A stretch of DNA of 64,000 nt from Octopus vulgaris (taxonomy: Eukaryota): assembly GCA_951406725.2 (NCBI GenBank), contig OX597815.1, positions 44,578,001 to 44,642,000 of the forward strand. Reading direction: 5' to 3'. The notes beneath the pieces are model-generated. The model was not told the origin of the DNA and made no database searches. It worked only from the letters and a program-made list of their open reading frames with translations. Position 1 is the stretch's first letter. Each line of letters starts with the position of its first letter. This document shows positions 27,043-41,219 of the stretch, piece by piece. Both the position numbers and the translations under genes were made by a program.

Positions 27043-27374
27043 GTCAACATTTCCGCTGAAAGTGAGTGTGTACTCTACTAACAAAAACTGAGTAATCTTT
27101 CAGTTTAATATTAAATTCTCTTTATGTGTAACTTGACTTAAAAACCAACACACATATACATACATACGCACACACACAGATACGTACGTATATGCATTTA
27201 TGTATGTGTTTGTGTGTGTGTGTGAGAGAGAGAGAGAGAAAGGAAGTGTGTGTGTATGTGTGTGTGTGTGTACGTTTGTGCGTGTTCGTGTGTGTTTGTA
27301 GTACTTAATGTAAATATAAATTTACTGTGGTATACGCCCACTGAAAATATCTTTTATTGACGTGCAGTCTTTAA

Positions 27375-27595
27375 CCCTTTAATGTTCAGATTACTCTGTT
27401 AAATGTAATGCCTTTTCACTCAAATTGTTTTGAATTAATCATGCATTATCTTATAGCTTTGAGGTTTCAATGATGTGAATATTTATTTTTAGAATGTCAA
27501 TGTAGGTTAGGTGTGAGAGCCTAGATATGGCTAGTTCAAATATAAAACATGTAGAATATATAGGGCCGGATGTGGCCAGTTTAAACACTAAAGGG
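27375..27595. mobile_element. piggyBac-type MITE
   Basis: TTAA|ccctttaatgttcaga ... tttaaacactaaaggg|TTAA: CCC/GGG termini, imperfect TIRs, TTAA TSD. Confidence 0.8.
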
Positions 27596-30119
27596 TTAAA
27601 AATGCAACATATCGAATGCAGACAAAAATTACCCTAACTGGTAAGAATGCTAGATGCGCATTTCTGTCTTGTGAGCATTGTCAATAGCATGTACTCGAAG
27701 CAAGCTACATGCCAAGGTGAAATTTGTTATCACTAATGAACAATTGAATGAAAAATCAATGGCGCTGCATAAAATGGTTTCGCCTGCTTTCGATATATCC
27801 ATGAATATTTCAAAACACTAATTTATACAGCTTTGTATTATAGAAAATATTGAAACATCGTTTCCAAAACTTTTGTTTTTTTTTGTTGTTTTTTTCATAT
27901 CAATATGTGATAGCAGTTTGAACAGCCCAGCTGATTAAATAAGCCGATACATCATGAGATAATCAACAGTTTGGTCGATATTATACTTTTATTTATTTAA
28001 TGAATATAAATCGTTCTTATAGTGCTGTTTACACATGACAGGTTGAGGAAGGTATAAAATACAAAGAATAAACAAAAAATAAACACAAAATGTAGACTGA
28101 AAAGAAAAAGGAAAAGAAGTACAGATAAAGAACACTTAAATCTTTCTGATATTCACTCTGTTTATTGCCTCGATGAATTGGAAGAACTTATTTTTGCTTG
28201 CTAAACCCTTATAATATAGTTTGTATTTCCAACATTGGTAGCCTTTGGAATAAATCATTTCAAAGATATCCTCTTTCTCAGTCTGGTAATGTTTGCATTC
28301 GAGCAAATTATGCCATAATATTTCTGGATAGTCTCCACAAGAGCGTAATGATAAATCCTTACGATCTATTTCCGGCAGAATATAATTTAAGTGAAATATA
28401 ATCCATTCGAAATTAACCTTGCTTAGTGTCTGATACGTTTTATATGTCGATAGATCTGGAAAAGATAGTGGGAGATTAAATTCGATAGTTTATCTCTTAT
28501 TTCTTCTAATTTTTTTCCACCCTTGGTTAATTATACTTATGCTGAACGCTTTCATTTAAAATTTAACAAAGATATAGAACGCAGTCTATATCAATTACTT
28601 CGCTTTGTGACCCTCTTTTTATTAATTTATCTGCTCTCCTGATTTTCTCAATATCTGTGAATCCAGGGAGCAAACTAATTATTACTTGTTTATTGTTTTC
28701 AGCTAAATAATTATCTACTTTTGGGAGAATATTCTCAATATTTTAAATCCGACGTCTTTTCCTTGATTGAAATCGTTCTAGGTTCGGTAGACTACTGGTA
28801 TATAGAAAATTCATTATCCAGTAAATTTCATTGCCAGAATCTCAGGATATTATCATTATTCCCCACCACTCTGCATCAAATTTGGTAAAATCGTAACACA
28901 ACATGAAGTATATATTTGTATTATTATTTTAAAAGGTCTGATTGGTTCTACATCCGACTCCATTTTCTGAGTGAGAATCACTTGTATAACTAATTCAGCT
29001 GTTAACATGGTTTGATTGCATGATGTAGTTAGGGTGTTATTGCTTTCTGTTATGGTTGTTTCATTGCTATGTTCAAAGATTTTACTTGCTCTATCTATAG
29101 GTAGCCAGATATCCTATTCCTTTCTTTTTTGCCTAAGCACAGCGATTAGCACTATACGGTTCCTGGACTTTTCTTCTTGTAAGGGAGTAGAGGCTAAAAC
29201 TGTTTAGTAGCTGAGCACGATACTGCTATTAGCTCAAAGAAAGGTAAAATTTGTTTCTTCCCATGAACCAGTAAAATTAGCATATATTTTATTCAATGAA
29301 ACCTCGATGTGTATTTCCCTTTTCAAATTGGACTCTGACCAAATACCACGTATCTTAATATCATTTTGATAATTAGCAGGTTCGTTAAATATTATTTCTT
29401 CACTCTGATAATTAAAAGCTTCCTCACTGGTACTCTGTTTCTCCATACTTGGTACAGCTGGTCCTATTTTTTTGCATAAAAGTCGACATTGTATGTTCTG
29501 TTAACATCTAGTGTAAACATGTACTTGCATTTCATATGGAACTTTTGGTCCTCCCAAACCATCTTAGTGTATAAGTCTACCTACATGTTTCGGACTGTAA
29601 ATTTTGGCATGAAAAATTTGACTAATATACCGGAAAATACGGTACATATTTTATGAATAGATTACATCACAAAGCACAGATTAAAAAACGTATTAACCCT
29701 GATATTTACCAGGTGGCTTACAATAAAAGATATCAAATTAATGAAAATCTAATTCTAAATTATACATAAGTGGCTGATGTAACTATGTATATATATGATG
29801 TGTCAAATAATTTATCAATGAAAATAAGTGTTCCGTTGTGAATTTTATGATACTACAATAGTTTATTTTATGATACTGTGATAGTTAATTTTATGATACT
29901 ATAATAGTCATATCTACCTTACCAGGATACGCAACTTGGCAGTCCACGCCACTGGCTGTGGAAAGATACAGAGCACAGCAATAAACAACACTAGCATTAT
30001 ATGAAGATGAGTGCTTCATTTGTTTCTCTTAACTTCGTGTTCAATTAGTTAAAAGGGTATGAGCTCTCGCAACGTAGGCCCTTTTCAATTCGTCTGAAGT
30101 AAACTAATATGATTTGTAT

Positions 30120-30626
<507 letters not shown>

Positions 30627-32249
30627 ATATATATATATATATATATAGAGTGAGAGAGAGAGAGAGAGAGAAAGGAAGAAAGAACGAAACAAAGAAAGAC
30701 AGAAAAAAGAAAGTAAGAAAGACAGAAAGAACACGAACGGGTTATGCAAACACCACACCTGAAACCTTCCCTACGTTGGATCTGGAACTCACAGTGGATC
30801 ATGAACTGCGTACCGGCCTGTATGTGTATATATATAATTTCATAAACATGCATATTTATATAGATATATAACAGGAAGAAGAAGAAGAACGATAAGATTC
30901 GAATAAGTTGAAAAGCCTCCCGTTATAATAATAGAAGATTGGCATAGGGAATGATGTTAATTCTACAGTCGGGAACAGCTCCGTCGCATGACTTTTAGAG
31001 ACCCCCTTTTGCTTTTTGATTCGAGGTCCCATCCTTTCAGCCAAAATTCATAATCTATGCACCTCTTATTCATAGCTATATTTTACTTTACTCTATCTGA
31101 AGTTCAATATTTCGCGTTATCCTAAAGAACATCTTTAAAAGTGCAACAAGTTAAATTTATTTAGGTCTATTACAAATTTCAATAAGTAAAACTCCCAGAT
31201 ATGAATAAAAGAGCACTTTTATAATCCAAGCGACTTTCAATGACAAACACAGCGCACTTTTCGCTCTACGAAATCATCGATCAGTTCAGAATAATCAAGC
31301 TGAGAGCTAAGTTTGTGTTCAATAGATATCATAGACAATTCACAAAGTTTGGTAGACGTTCGTGGTACAATGTAATATTTTTACAAGAACTTTTGCAGGT
31401 ACAATATATTACTATTTTATTTCTTGAAATTTTCATTTAACATAGTTTAATCTTGTTCAGCGTTTTAACCAAAGTAAATAGATGACTCATTTACGTACTT
31501 TGATCTTAACATGGGGCCCCTCAACCTTGGAGGCCCCCTGCAATCTCAAGGGTTGCAGGGGCTTTGAGACGGCCCTGGTCTGGAACAAACATTCAAATGA
31601 CTTCAGTTCTGCTGTTTCTGTTGATGTTGCTGTGGTTTACTGTTGCTGCAACGATGAAGAAGGGCGACGACCTGTTGAAGAAAGCTGCGAGACAGGCCGT
31701 TATCTAGTTCATCGGCACCTGGTCCAAAGAAATGTGGTGCGTGGTCAATGGTTGCTGGTTCAGAGACCAAGAGCAGCTGAAACTAGTGTTTATACAACCA
31801 TGGAGTGGCTCCACAGAACGAGATGACGTTTTCCCGTGTTGGGAACAAACTGTTGCAAGCATACGATTGGAAGTCAAAACAGACCAATACTTGCTATTAA
31901 TTTGGCCAACAACTGGGTCGTGCGATTTGTTGATGTTAAGAAAAGCTCTGGTGAGCCAATATTCCAGTATTTAAGGTTAAACAGCCATATTGAAAAAATG
32001 TTTACATTACAATAAAATGAAAGTGTTTGTTCGTTTGTTCATATGTATGTATATGTAAGTGTTGAGATATGTCGTTATATGCATTGGTATGTGCCTGAGC
32101 GTCCGTTTACGGTATATGCATGGCTATGCTAATCTTAACCCTAAATTGGTGCCCTTGTTTTTAAAATACCTTGATTCAAATGAATTCTACACTAAATTTA
32201 TAGATACATAGATACACATACACACACGCACACACACATAGACACAAGA

Positions 32250-32632
32250 ACAGGCATGGCTGTGTGGTAAGAAGCTGTCCAATTACGTGGCATCTTGGCC
32301 AAGTATTTCCTACTATAGCCTCGGGCCGTTCAAATCCTTGTGGGTGGATTTGGTAAACAGAAAGACCTATTTCTTTACTACCCACAAGGGGCTAAACACA
32401 GAGAGGACAAACAAGGACAGACAAAGGGATTAAGTCGATTATATCGACCCCAGTGCGTAACTGGTACTTATTTAATCGACCCCGAAAGGATGAAAAGCAA
32501 AGTTGACCTCGGTGGAATTTGAACTCACATCGTAACGGCAGACGAAATACTGCAAAGCATTTCGCCCGGCGTACTAACGTTTCTGCCAGCTCGCCGCCTG
32601 AAAGAAGACCGTCGTACATATGTACATATGTG

Positions 32633-32664
<32 letters not shown>

Positions 32665-32885
32665 CGTGCGTGTGTGTGTGTGTGTGCGCGTGTGTGTGTG
32701 TGTGTGTGTGTGTTTGTACCTGCATCATAGCTTGACAACCGATGTTTGTGTGTTTACGGCCCTGTAACTTAGCGGTTCGGCAAAAGAAACCGATAGAATA
32801 AGTACTAGGCTTGCAAAGAATAAGTCCTGGGGTAAATTTCTTTGACTGAAACCCTTTAAGGCAATGTTCCAGCATGGTCGTAGTA
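32250..32885 (+). mobile_element. SINE family B interrupted by a family A SINE
   Basis: Head 32250-32367 resumes at 32599 (tgaaagaagaccgtcg) after the insertion. Confidence 0.75.
32368..32598 (-). mobile_element. SINE family A, full length, nested
   Basis: Reverse-complement match to 33521-33753. Confidence 0.85.
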
Positions 32886-33021
32886 TGTATGTATGTATGT
32901 ATGTATGTATGTATGTATGTATGTATGTATGAATGTATGTATGTATATATGTGTGTGTGTGTATGTGTATGCGTATGTATGTATATATATATGTATATAT
33001 ATGTGTGTGTGGATCCAGCTT

Positions 33022-33800
33022 AACATGGTTGCCTTGTTAGAATACCGAATACTGCGTTATTACCCTTGAGCACCCCTCTCATATAGGTGCTTGGTGCTTG
33101 AAAACACACATAGACCGTAACACGATAATCCTGCTATAGAGGCCGAAATTCCGATATCACGTGATTTCATTCTACAGGAAATCATCAGTGGGATGTGCCC
33201 AGTCACTGCATGCCAGTCGGTGTTCTAACAATTCATCCATGTTAACTTTGATATGAAAATCACCTTTTTTGACGCTGCTTCCGTCGTTAATAATTCATTT
33301 TTAATAAGTCTGTTGATTATTTGCGACATCTATGTCTGAAAAGATTTGATATGCTGCATGGAAGAACAACGAGCTTTGACTGGTATACGATGACCGGACG
33401 CTTTCCACTGATGATTCCCAGTAGAATGAAATCACATGATAGTGGAAATTCCAGTGCCCGTAACAAGATTCTCATCTGCTACGATCTATATATGTGCTTT
33501 TATGCACCAAGAGCCTATATAAGGCGGCGAGCTGGCAGAAACGTTAGCACGCCGGGCGAAATGCTTAGCGGTATTTCGTCTGCCGTTACGTTCTGAGTTC
33601 AAATTCCGCCGAGGTCGACTTTGCCTTTCATCCTTTTGGGGTCGATTAAATAACTATCAGTTACGCACCGGGGTCGATCGAATCGATTTAATCCCTTTGT
33701 CTGTCCTTGTTTGTCCTCTCTGTGTTTAGCCACTTGTGGGCAATAAAGAAATAAGAGCCTAATAACACAGTATATAGTGTTCTAACAAGATACCCATATT
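33022..33800. mobile_element. Old long-TIR MITE/foldback element, right arm split by a SINE
   Basis: 33022-33220 is an imperfect reverse complement of 33378-33520 plus 33760-33800 (e.g. gtgatttcattctacaggaaatcatcagtgg versus ccactgatgattcccagtagaatgaaatcac). Confidence 0.7.
33521..33753 (+). mobile_element. SINE family A, full length with TSD
   Basis: Consensus-like copy flanked by aagagccta. Confidence 0.9.
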
Positions 33801-34634
33801 TGGATATAAAGATTACCTTTTGGTATTAATATCGATTCCATCGCTAATAGTTACCACACATATACAACACACACACATACCATACACACACCATACACAC
33901 ACATATAAAGGCTTCTTCCGATTTCCGTTTACAAGACCCACTTACATGGCTTTGGTCGACCTGGGGCTATAACAGAAGACACTTGCCCCAGATGCCACGC
34001 ATTAGGATAGAACCATGGGGATTAAGAAGTACACTATTTACTACACAGAGAAGCCTGCGCTCAATATTAGAAGAAATATATTTTATATAAATGCAGTGAT
34101 AACTTGAAATAATAAACTATCCGTGAATTACGATCTGGTACAAAACATTTTCGTACATATCTTTACCATCACTAACCGATCAATAGAGTCATTAAAGGCA
34201 TCGAGCTAGAGAACTATGTCATTATCACACAAAAAAGGGCTTTCTGAACATCCTTTCTTATCACTTCTGTCATGAATGATACACGAATAAACAATGACTT
34301 CTAGTAAAGAGCCAGGTCTGTTTAATATATATTTGCCTGGCATTGATACACTTTGACAGGTCGGCATTGCCAACATACATTTTCCAGATTATTATTCAAG
34401 TTTAAATCGTTTGTGAGGCCAGAAATTTACGGGGAAACATGTATACTCGCCCTGCTTTCTCCCAACAAACATGTACAAACGCACCAACGCTTTCAAATAT
34501 ATATATTAAAAACTAACATATGGACTTACACGCACGCGCTCACACACACACAGACTTACATACACTCTGACACATGCTCACGCAAAGCTATTTGTATGTA
34601 CACAGCCATACCCAGAGGACCGTGTGAAATATTC

Positions 34635-35552
34635 TTTCTCCTTTCAACTAACTATAGGTACAAGGCCTGAAATTCTAAGGAAGGGAACTGAACGATAACA
34701 TTGATCCCAGCGCACAACTGGTACTTAATTTATCGACACCGGAAGCATAAAAGGCGAAAGCAACCTCAGCAGAACTTGAACTCAGAACTTAAGAATGGAC
34801 GGAATATCACTAAGCATTTTATCTGGAGTGCTAACGATTTTGCCAGCTCCAGCACGCTGCTTTATGACCGCATGTAATACTGATATCAAATTTTGGCATG
34901 AGGCCAACAATTTTGTGGGAGGGGGTAAGTCAATTACATCGACCCCACTGCTTATTTTATCGATGTCGACAGGATGAAAGGAAGAGTCGACCTCGACAGA
35001 ATTTGAACGCAGGACGTAAAGACGGATGAAATGTTACTGAGCAGTTTGCTTGCCTTGTTAACGATTCTACTACTAGTTGCAGCTCGACACCGTACGACCA
35101 CGTATAATATTCCTTTCTATTATGAGCACAAGGCCTGAAATTTTCGGGGAGGGAGATAGTCGATTGCGTTGACCCCCAACACTCAACTGATACTTATATT
35201 ATCGACCTTGAGGACGAAGGATAAAGTCAACCTCAGCGGAATTTGAACACCGAACATAAGACGGCTAAAATGCCGCTAAGCATTTTGCCCGGCGTGCTGA
35301 CGATTCTTCCAGCTCACTGTCTTTACATGTAGAATTGGTTTCAAATTTTGGCAGGGGGCAACTATTTCGGGGGCGGGAGTAAATTGATTGCATCGACCTC
35401 AGTGCTCTACTGGTACATTTTTTATCGACCCTGAAAAGACCTGAAAAGCAAAGTCAACGAGGGCAGAATTTAAACTCAGAACGTAAAGACGGGCGAAATG
35501 CCACAAAGCATTTTGTCCAGCATGCTAACAATTCTGCCAGCTCGCCGCCTTT
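34635..35552 (-). mobile_element. Head-to-tail array of four diverged family A SINEs
   Basis: aaagtc(a/g)acctc..gaatttgaac-type core recurs near 34760, 34990, 35230 and 35455 (period about 230). Confidence 0.8.
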
Positions 35553-35606
35553 ACCACGAGTAATATTAATACGTAAGTGATGATATGTGAACGCTCAAGC
35601 ACACAC

Positions 35607-35660
<54 letters not shown>

Positions 35661-35714
35661 CCGCACACGCCCACATACACATACACATAAATAAATATAT
35701 ATATATGTATATAC

Positions 35715-36290
35715 ATTATGGCTGCCCCCTCGTTATCGAGTATGGCCATTGCACGAAGCTTAACTGTTACTGGTGCTGTGATCGAATGTGACTTTTTAGC
35801 CCAGCTAAAGATCTACAATGTCTTGTACAAAATTGGCAACTAAAACCTTTACTGGTAATAGCCGGCTGTAGTTGTAACTGGGCTTCATATACCTTTGCAT
35901 GTCGTTTAAGTCCTCCGGCCGAATTACACTCTCTTCCACATGCCCGACAGATATGATTAGTATGGTGTGTTACACCACCACCAGTGGCCAGGTTCTCACT
36001 CATCTGTCTCGTTTTATGACTACGAAGATGACTCATGAGTCCAGCTTTACTGCACAGACATTGTATATCAGAATCAAAGGAAGACCCTTCCCTTCTGGAA
36101 GTGTAACAGTGATGCCCTTCCTGACATCCCTCCTTACTTTCTCATGTGCAACTCGAGATTTCTCAAACGTGGCTGTCCCCTCATATACAATCCTTCTCCA
36201 CCTGCTACGATCAATAGCTATGCCTTCCCATGTGTAAGGAGAGATGCAAGCATCTCTTAAGGAAGCCTTCAGCAAGTCCTTATACCTCTT
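35715..36290 (-). pseudogene. RTE (BovB-like) LINE 3' end with C2H2 zinc fingers
   Basis: KRYKDLLKASL..WEGIAIDRSRWRRIVYEG; CRACGRECNSAGGLKRH and CQFCTRHCRSLAGLKSHIRSQH; short 3' UTR. Confidence 0.8.
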
Positions 36291-36436
36291 ATATTCATAC
36301 ATACACGATGAAGACGGTGCTCCTACATGGCCGGTCTAACGACTGAAAGGAAAAGTGAATAAAAAATAAGATGTATAGGTATCTTTTATCTGTCTCCGTC
36401 ATTGACTGCGGTCATATATATATATATATATTATAA

Positions 36437-36668
36437 AGGCGGCGAGCTGGCAGAAACGTTAGCACGCCGGGCGAAATGCGTAACCGTTTTTCGTCTGCCG
36501 TTACGTTCTGAGTTCAAATTCCGCCGAGGTCGACTTTGCCTTTCATCCTTTCGGGGTCGATAAATTAAGTACCAGTTACGCACTAGGGTCGATGTAATCG
36601 ACTTAATCCCTTTGTCTGTCCTTGTTCGTCCTCTCTGTGTTTAGCCCCTTGTGGGTAATAAAGAAATA
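36437..36668 (+). mobile_element. SINE family A, full length in (TA)n
   Basis: Consensus-like copy; tatatatatattataaa duplicated on both flanks. Confidence 0.9.
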
Positions 36669-37293
36669 TATATATATATTATAAAAAGACAGAGGAAGAG
36701 AGAGTGGGGTAATGAATGCACTATCGCATCGGCTGTTTCAAGCTAGCATTAGATCAATTACTTCACACTCCTACTTGTCTTACACCCCAGAGAAACTGAG
36801 AGCAAAATCTGCCGTGAATCGAACTCAAAACACTGAGTGATGCTGCAGATGAAAGAAAACAGAGAGTATAATTTGTACGACGCTCTACAATCCCATGCAT
36901 TTTCATTTTTTTTTTTTACTTTTGCTTCTATTGATTCTGGTGTTTTATTTTTATCTATTGTTAAAATAGTTGTAATTATTGTCGCACTAGTTACTGATAG
37001 TATTATTGATGTTATTATTGTTGGGGTTGGTTCTGCAGTTTATTGTTCTTCTTGTCATTTTTGTTTCTTTTATATTGTGATTTCTCACACGTTGTTGCCT
37101 TCAGACAGCTATTGTTCGTGAGCTTCAGCCAAACGAGATAATGTTAACTGTTTCCAGGTATAATTATATATTTTCCGTTGCTAAGACCGTGTCAAGTAAG
37201 TTGAGCTTCCACTCGAACAAATTCAAACTGTATCAACTCCCCTAAATAATCATTGCTTGTGTAAATATAATAGACATGTACGGATAGATTTAA

Positions 37294-37335
<42 letters not shown>

Positions 37336-37529
37336 ACACACACAAAACATTCATTCTTACATACAGTTATACGAACACACATACATACAAATGTGTGTGC
37401 ATGTTTGCTACACACAGACATACACAGATAAACCCTCACATATAACCATACATGAAAAAAAAAACAACGCCAATTTGTGTGCCTGCGCATTAAAATATCC
37501 ATACAAACACACACACACTCATATTATCC

Positions 37530-38350
37530 AAGCGCTCACAGCCCTCGGCCAGTCGAGCAATGCGGTCGGTGAAAGTTCCATTTTGGAGTTCTATAGGGTA
37601 TTAGGGGAGGGCAAGAGCGATGACGTATTCAGAGAGGCCCTGGGCGTTGAAGAGGATGACTGGCTGGTCTCTTCCGGGGGACTTTCAAGCCGGGAACTAT
37701 GGATAACTACCAGAAATCCATGGCCTGGAAGTGCTACCAGGGGGCGCTGCCGGTTCGAGGTAAACTCTACTGGCACGGGTGAGCAGTCAGCCGTGCTTGT
37801 CCGAGATATACGCAGAGCGATGAAAGCGTTCTGCATGATCTCGTACAGTGCCCGTGCATTGCTGACTTGTGGAGCTTAGTCGAACAGCTATTGCCACGTA
37901 CAGAATGGATCCGGCTATCGTCCGAGTCCATTGTGAAGATCGCTCCGCCTCCTTCCTTTGGCCAGATAGGGAGGGCAATTTTTCTCTGTTTGTTAGCTAT
38001 GGCAAAAGAGGTTGTGTGGTGGATGCGATTGAAAGGGTTGAAGACGAGTACTTTCCTCTTTGGCCAAGGCCCCAATAACATTTTCATGTTCCACTTGAAA
38101 AGGAAAGTGAGGTTGAAGAGGGAGGTTATGTCACCCAGTAATTTCGTGGGTGAATGTGACAAGAATGGCCTGCGTGAATGGGCTTACTCTAAATGTGCGC
38201 CTGTAGGCTTTTGTTGGTTTTTTCCCCGAGTAACACCTCCCCCATTTTGGGGAGTTTTACTTGCTTATTTTTTCTTCTTTTTTGTTATCAAGTGGGCATA
38301 CTATATCTATGATCTAGCATCGTTTGCTTTCTTTCTCCATTAACACTATA
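37530..38350 (+). pseudogene. L1/Tx1-clade LINE 3' end (zf-RVT-like region and 3' UTR)
   Basis: QKSMAWKCYQGALPVRGKLYWHG*..CPR..ESVLHDLVQCP..LWSLVEQLL..AMAKEVVWWMR; homologous to 7290-7500 on the minus strand. Confidence 0.8.
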
Positions 38351-38633
38351 TCTGGTTTCCTGTTCTCTATCTCATGTTCGCACTGAATCATACAGTCCAA
38401 TAGGATCTTTGCATTATCGTTTTCGATGATGCCGTCATGTTTATGTTCGTACCACTTTTTTACTCTTTCCGTTCCATACTTGTTGCAAAGTGTTCAATAG
38501 ACAATCCTTGCTACATTGTTATGACGTCTCTTATATTCTTTCTTAGTTAGTGGTGTACATTGACTGGTAATATGTCAAACGGTTTCATCATTTTTGCCCA
38601 CAAATTCTGCACTTATCATTTTACAGAATAGAC

Positions 38634-38697
<64 letters not shown>

Positions 38698-38719
38698 CAC
38701 ACACACATACACACACAGA

Positions 38720-39015
38720 GAGCCTTGTGAGTGGATTGGGTATATGGAAACTGAAAAAAGCCCGTCGTATATATGTATATATATATGTATGTATGTGTAT
38801 ATGTTTGTGTGTCTGTATTTGTCCCCCCACCAACATCACTTGACAACCGATGCCGGTGTGTTTACATCCCCGTAACAGCGGTTCGGAAGAAGAAACCTAT
38901 AGAATAAGTACTAGACTTACAACGAATAAGTCAAGGGGTTGAGTTGCTGGACTAAAGGCGGTGCTGCAGCATGGCCGCAGTCAAATGACTGAAACAAGTA
39001 AAAGAATAAAAGAAT
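38720..39015 (+). mobile_element. SINE family B, 5'-truncated
   Basis: agccttgtgagtggatt...gaaacaagtaaaagaataaaagaat. Confidence 0.8.
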
Positions 39016-39090
39016 ATAAAAACAAATAATCCAAACATAAATATGTGAATGCATATGTGTGTGTGTGTGTGTATGTGTGTGTTTGTGTGT

Positions 39091-39162
<72 letters not shown>

Positions 39163-40406
39163 ACATATACATACGAATAGATGTGTATATATGTTGATAG
39201 ACTTATATATGTTGATAGATTTATATCTGCATTTATATATTTGTGTTTGTATTAATATTCGTTTTAATGTCTGAAAATGTTAAATATTAAAGTCCCAAGT
39301 CGGTCAAATGTATGCCACGTTATCCACAACGGCTGTTAGGGTGCGCTAAAAATTAATTACTTTCTGTGTCCATGTGTGCGTATGCTTCGTATCTATATGT
39401 AGTTGAAGTTTGATGCTTTTCGTTTGTTTATATATAGTATAATCAAACGCTTAGCAGATTTTGTGTTTATTTATTGAACTCTGGAGCAGAAAGGCTATGT
39501 TTAAATAAGGCTGCATCAAACCCACAAGAGATATATAATTGTTAACACACGATGGAAAACTGCAAGAGGTGTTGAAAACGAATGATACTTGAAGTCAGTT
39601 TTTTCCTCTTCTTGGAGGGCACCTGTTAAATATCAATGCACATCAAACTCAGTGTCTCTTTTGATTATATCACGTGTTTGTTGCGTCCTACTTTGATTTC
39701 TCAGTTACGCTTCTATGTTATTATTTCAACTTATTGAAAGACTGCTCAGGTTGTTCATCTTATCTATTCCTCAATGACGAATAAATGTTTTAAAAATAAG
39801 CCAAATATGTTGATGTATAGAGATAATAGTTATCCCCACTTAAACAGGGATGTTCTTTCAGAACAAAGTATACTGCGGTAGTTACCGTGAGAGAAACTCC
39901 CACATTGGCTTTTTGGTGCAAAATACACTCTTGTTTACAAAGCTAGCGGAGAGATAAAACCCTGTCATCCCCAGTTCTGAGGCAACCAGGTCACATGATT
40001 TCGACCTCATTTGGTTTTGTCAATGATAGTAACTCGACTGCTAGAGGTAGCAGTGATTCATCTCCCCGCTAACGATATATATACTGACAGTACCAAAATA
40101 GGTGCTATTGTCGCGATTGGCTAGTGACGTTGTTAAAAAATATTGATATATAATTTCGAATGCCAAAGAGATGAGGATTTCGTTTCAGCTTTTTTTATAT
40201 TATTTCATTCGTGTCATTTAAAATATTTCTAATTTTGAAAACTGACATCCTATTCTTGACCCTATATAATAAACGTAATAAGACGACTGAGAGCGGCTAT
40301 GTGGCACAATTGACTAGACATTGAGCCTGTTTTGGCAAGCACACATATACACACACCAACATAAACAATTATATACACACACGCGCGCAGTAATATACGC
40401 ATACAC

Positions 40407-40454
<48 letters not shown>

Positions 40455-41219
40455 GTAAACAGAGAAAGAAACATTAAAACATCTCATATCCCACAATGGC
40501 GTAGAATCGATTTACAGGACTGCTTAGATTATAATTAGAAAACACTGCCGAATTCATGAAGTGAAAATTGGTGACCGAATATGTTAATGAGAATATAGAC
40601 CAGTAGGATTTATGCGGTCTTCAAGTAGCTTCATTTCCTGTAATCCTAATTTCGCACACAGTATTATATTAACCGAGTTTTATCGATGTTTGATGAGTGT
40701 AAAGTAATTTTAAGTACAACAAATCATTGTTGTTCTCCGTATAGTGATTGCGATTGATGTTACAAAGTACATTAATATTTAGAAACATATATGGAGATAA
40801 GAATAAACATTACAATAGTCAATAAAACAATAGTAGTAACCCTGCGAGTTTCAGATACAGGAATATACACAGCCCAGATAAATAATACACATATCTATTG
40901 TTACATTTGATAATATGTTTAATGTAGAATGACAAAACAAAAACGTATGGTAATGAAGAGATCAATTAAATACAAAATGAATGGAAAATTAATATACAGA
41001 AATAGGTCAATACTAGTTTATTACTGTTTTCGTTTCTTTTTTCTTATTTTAGAACGACCTCCTGAGAGTGAGATAAAAGGCACAGCCGACCTTGTTGGTA
41101 TATGAACTCAGAGGGTGGCAAATAAATTAGGAATAAATAAAGTAATGTTACGTTAGGTCAGCGACAAAGATATTGTACTTAGTTTAAATTCGACAATAAT
41201 TTCAGAACTATCCACCTAT

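Noticed and set aside
39990-40030. Minus-strand TTGACAA-aacc..ggtc-GAAA hammerhead-like string
   Set aside because: No valid NUH triplet or convincing helix III; too degenerate to call.
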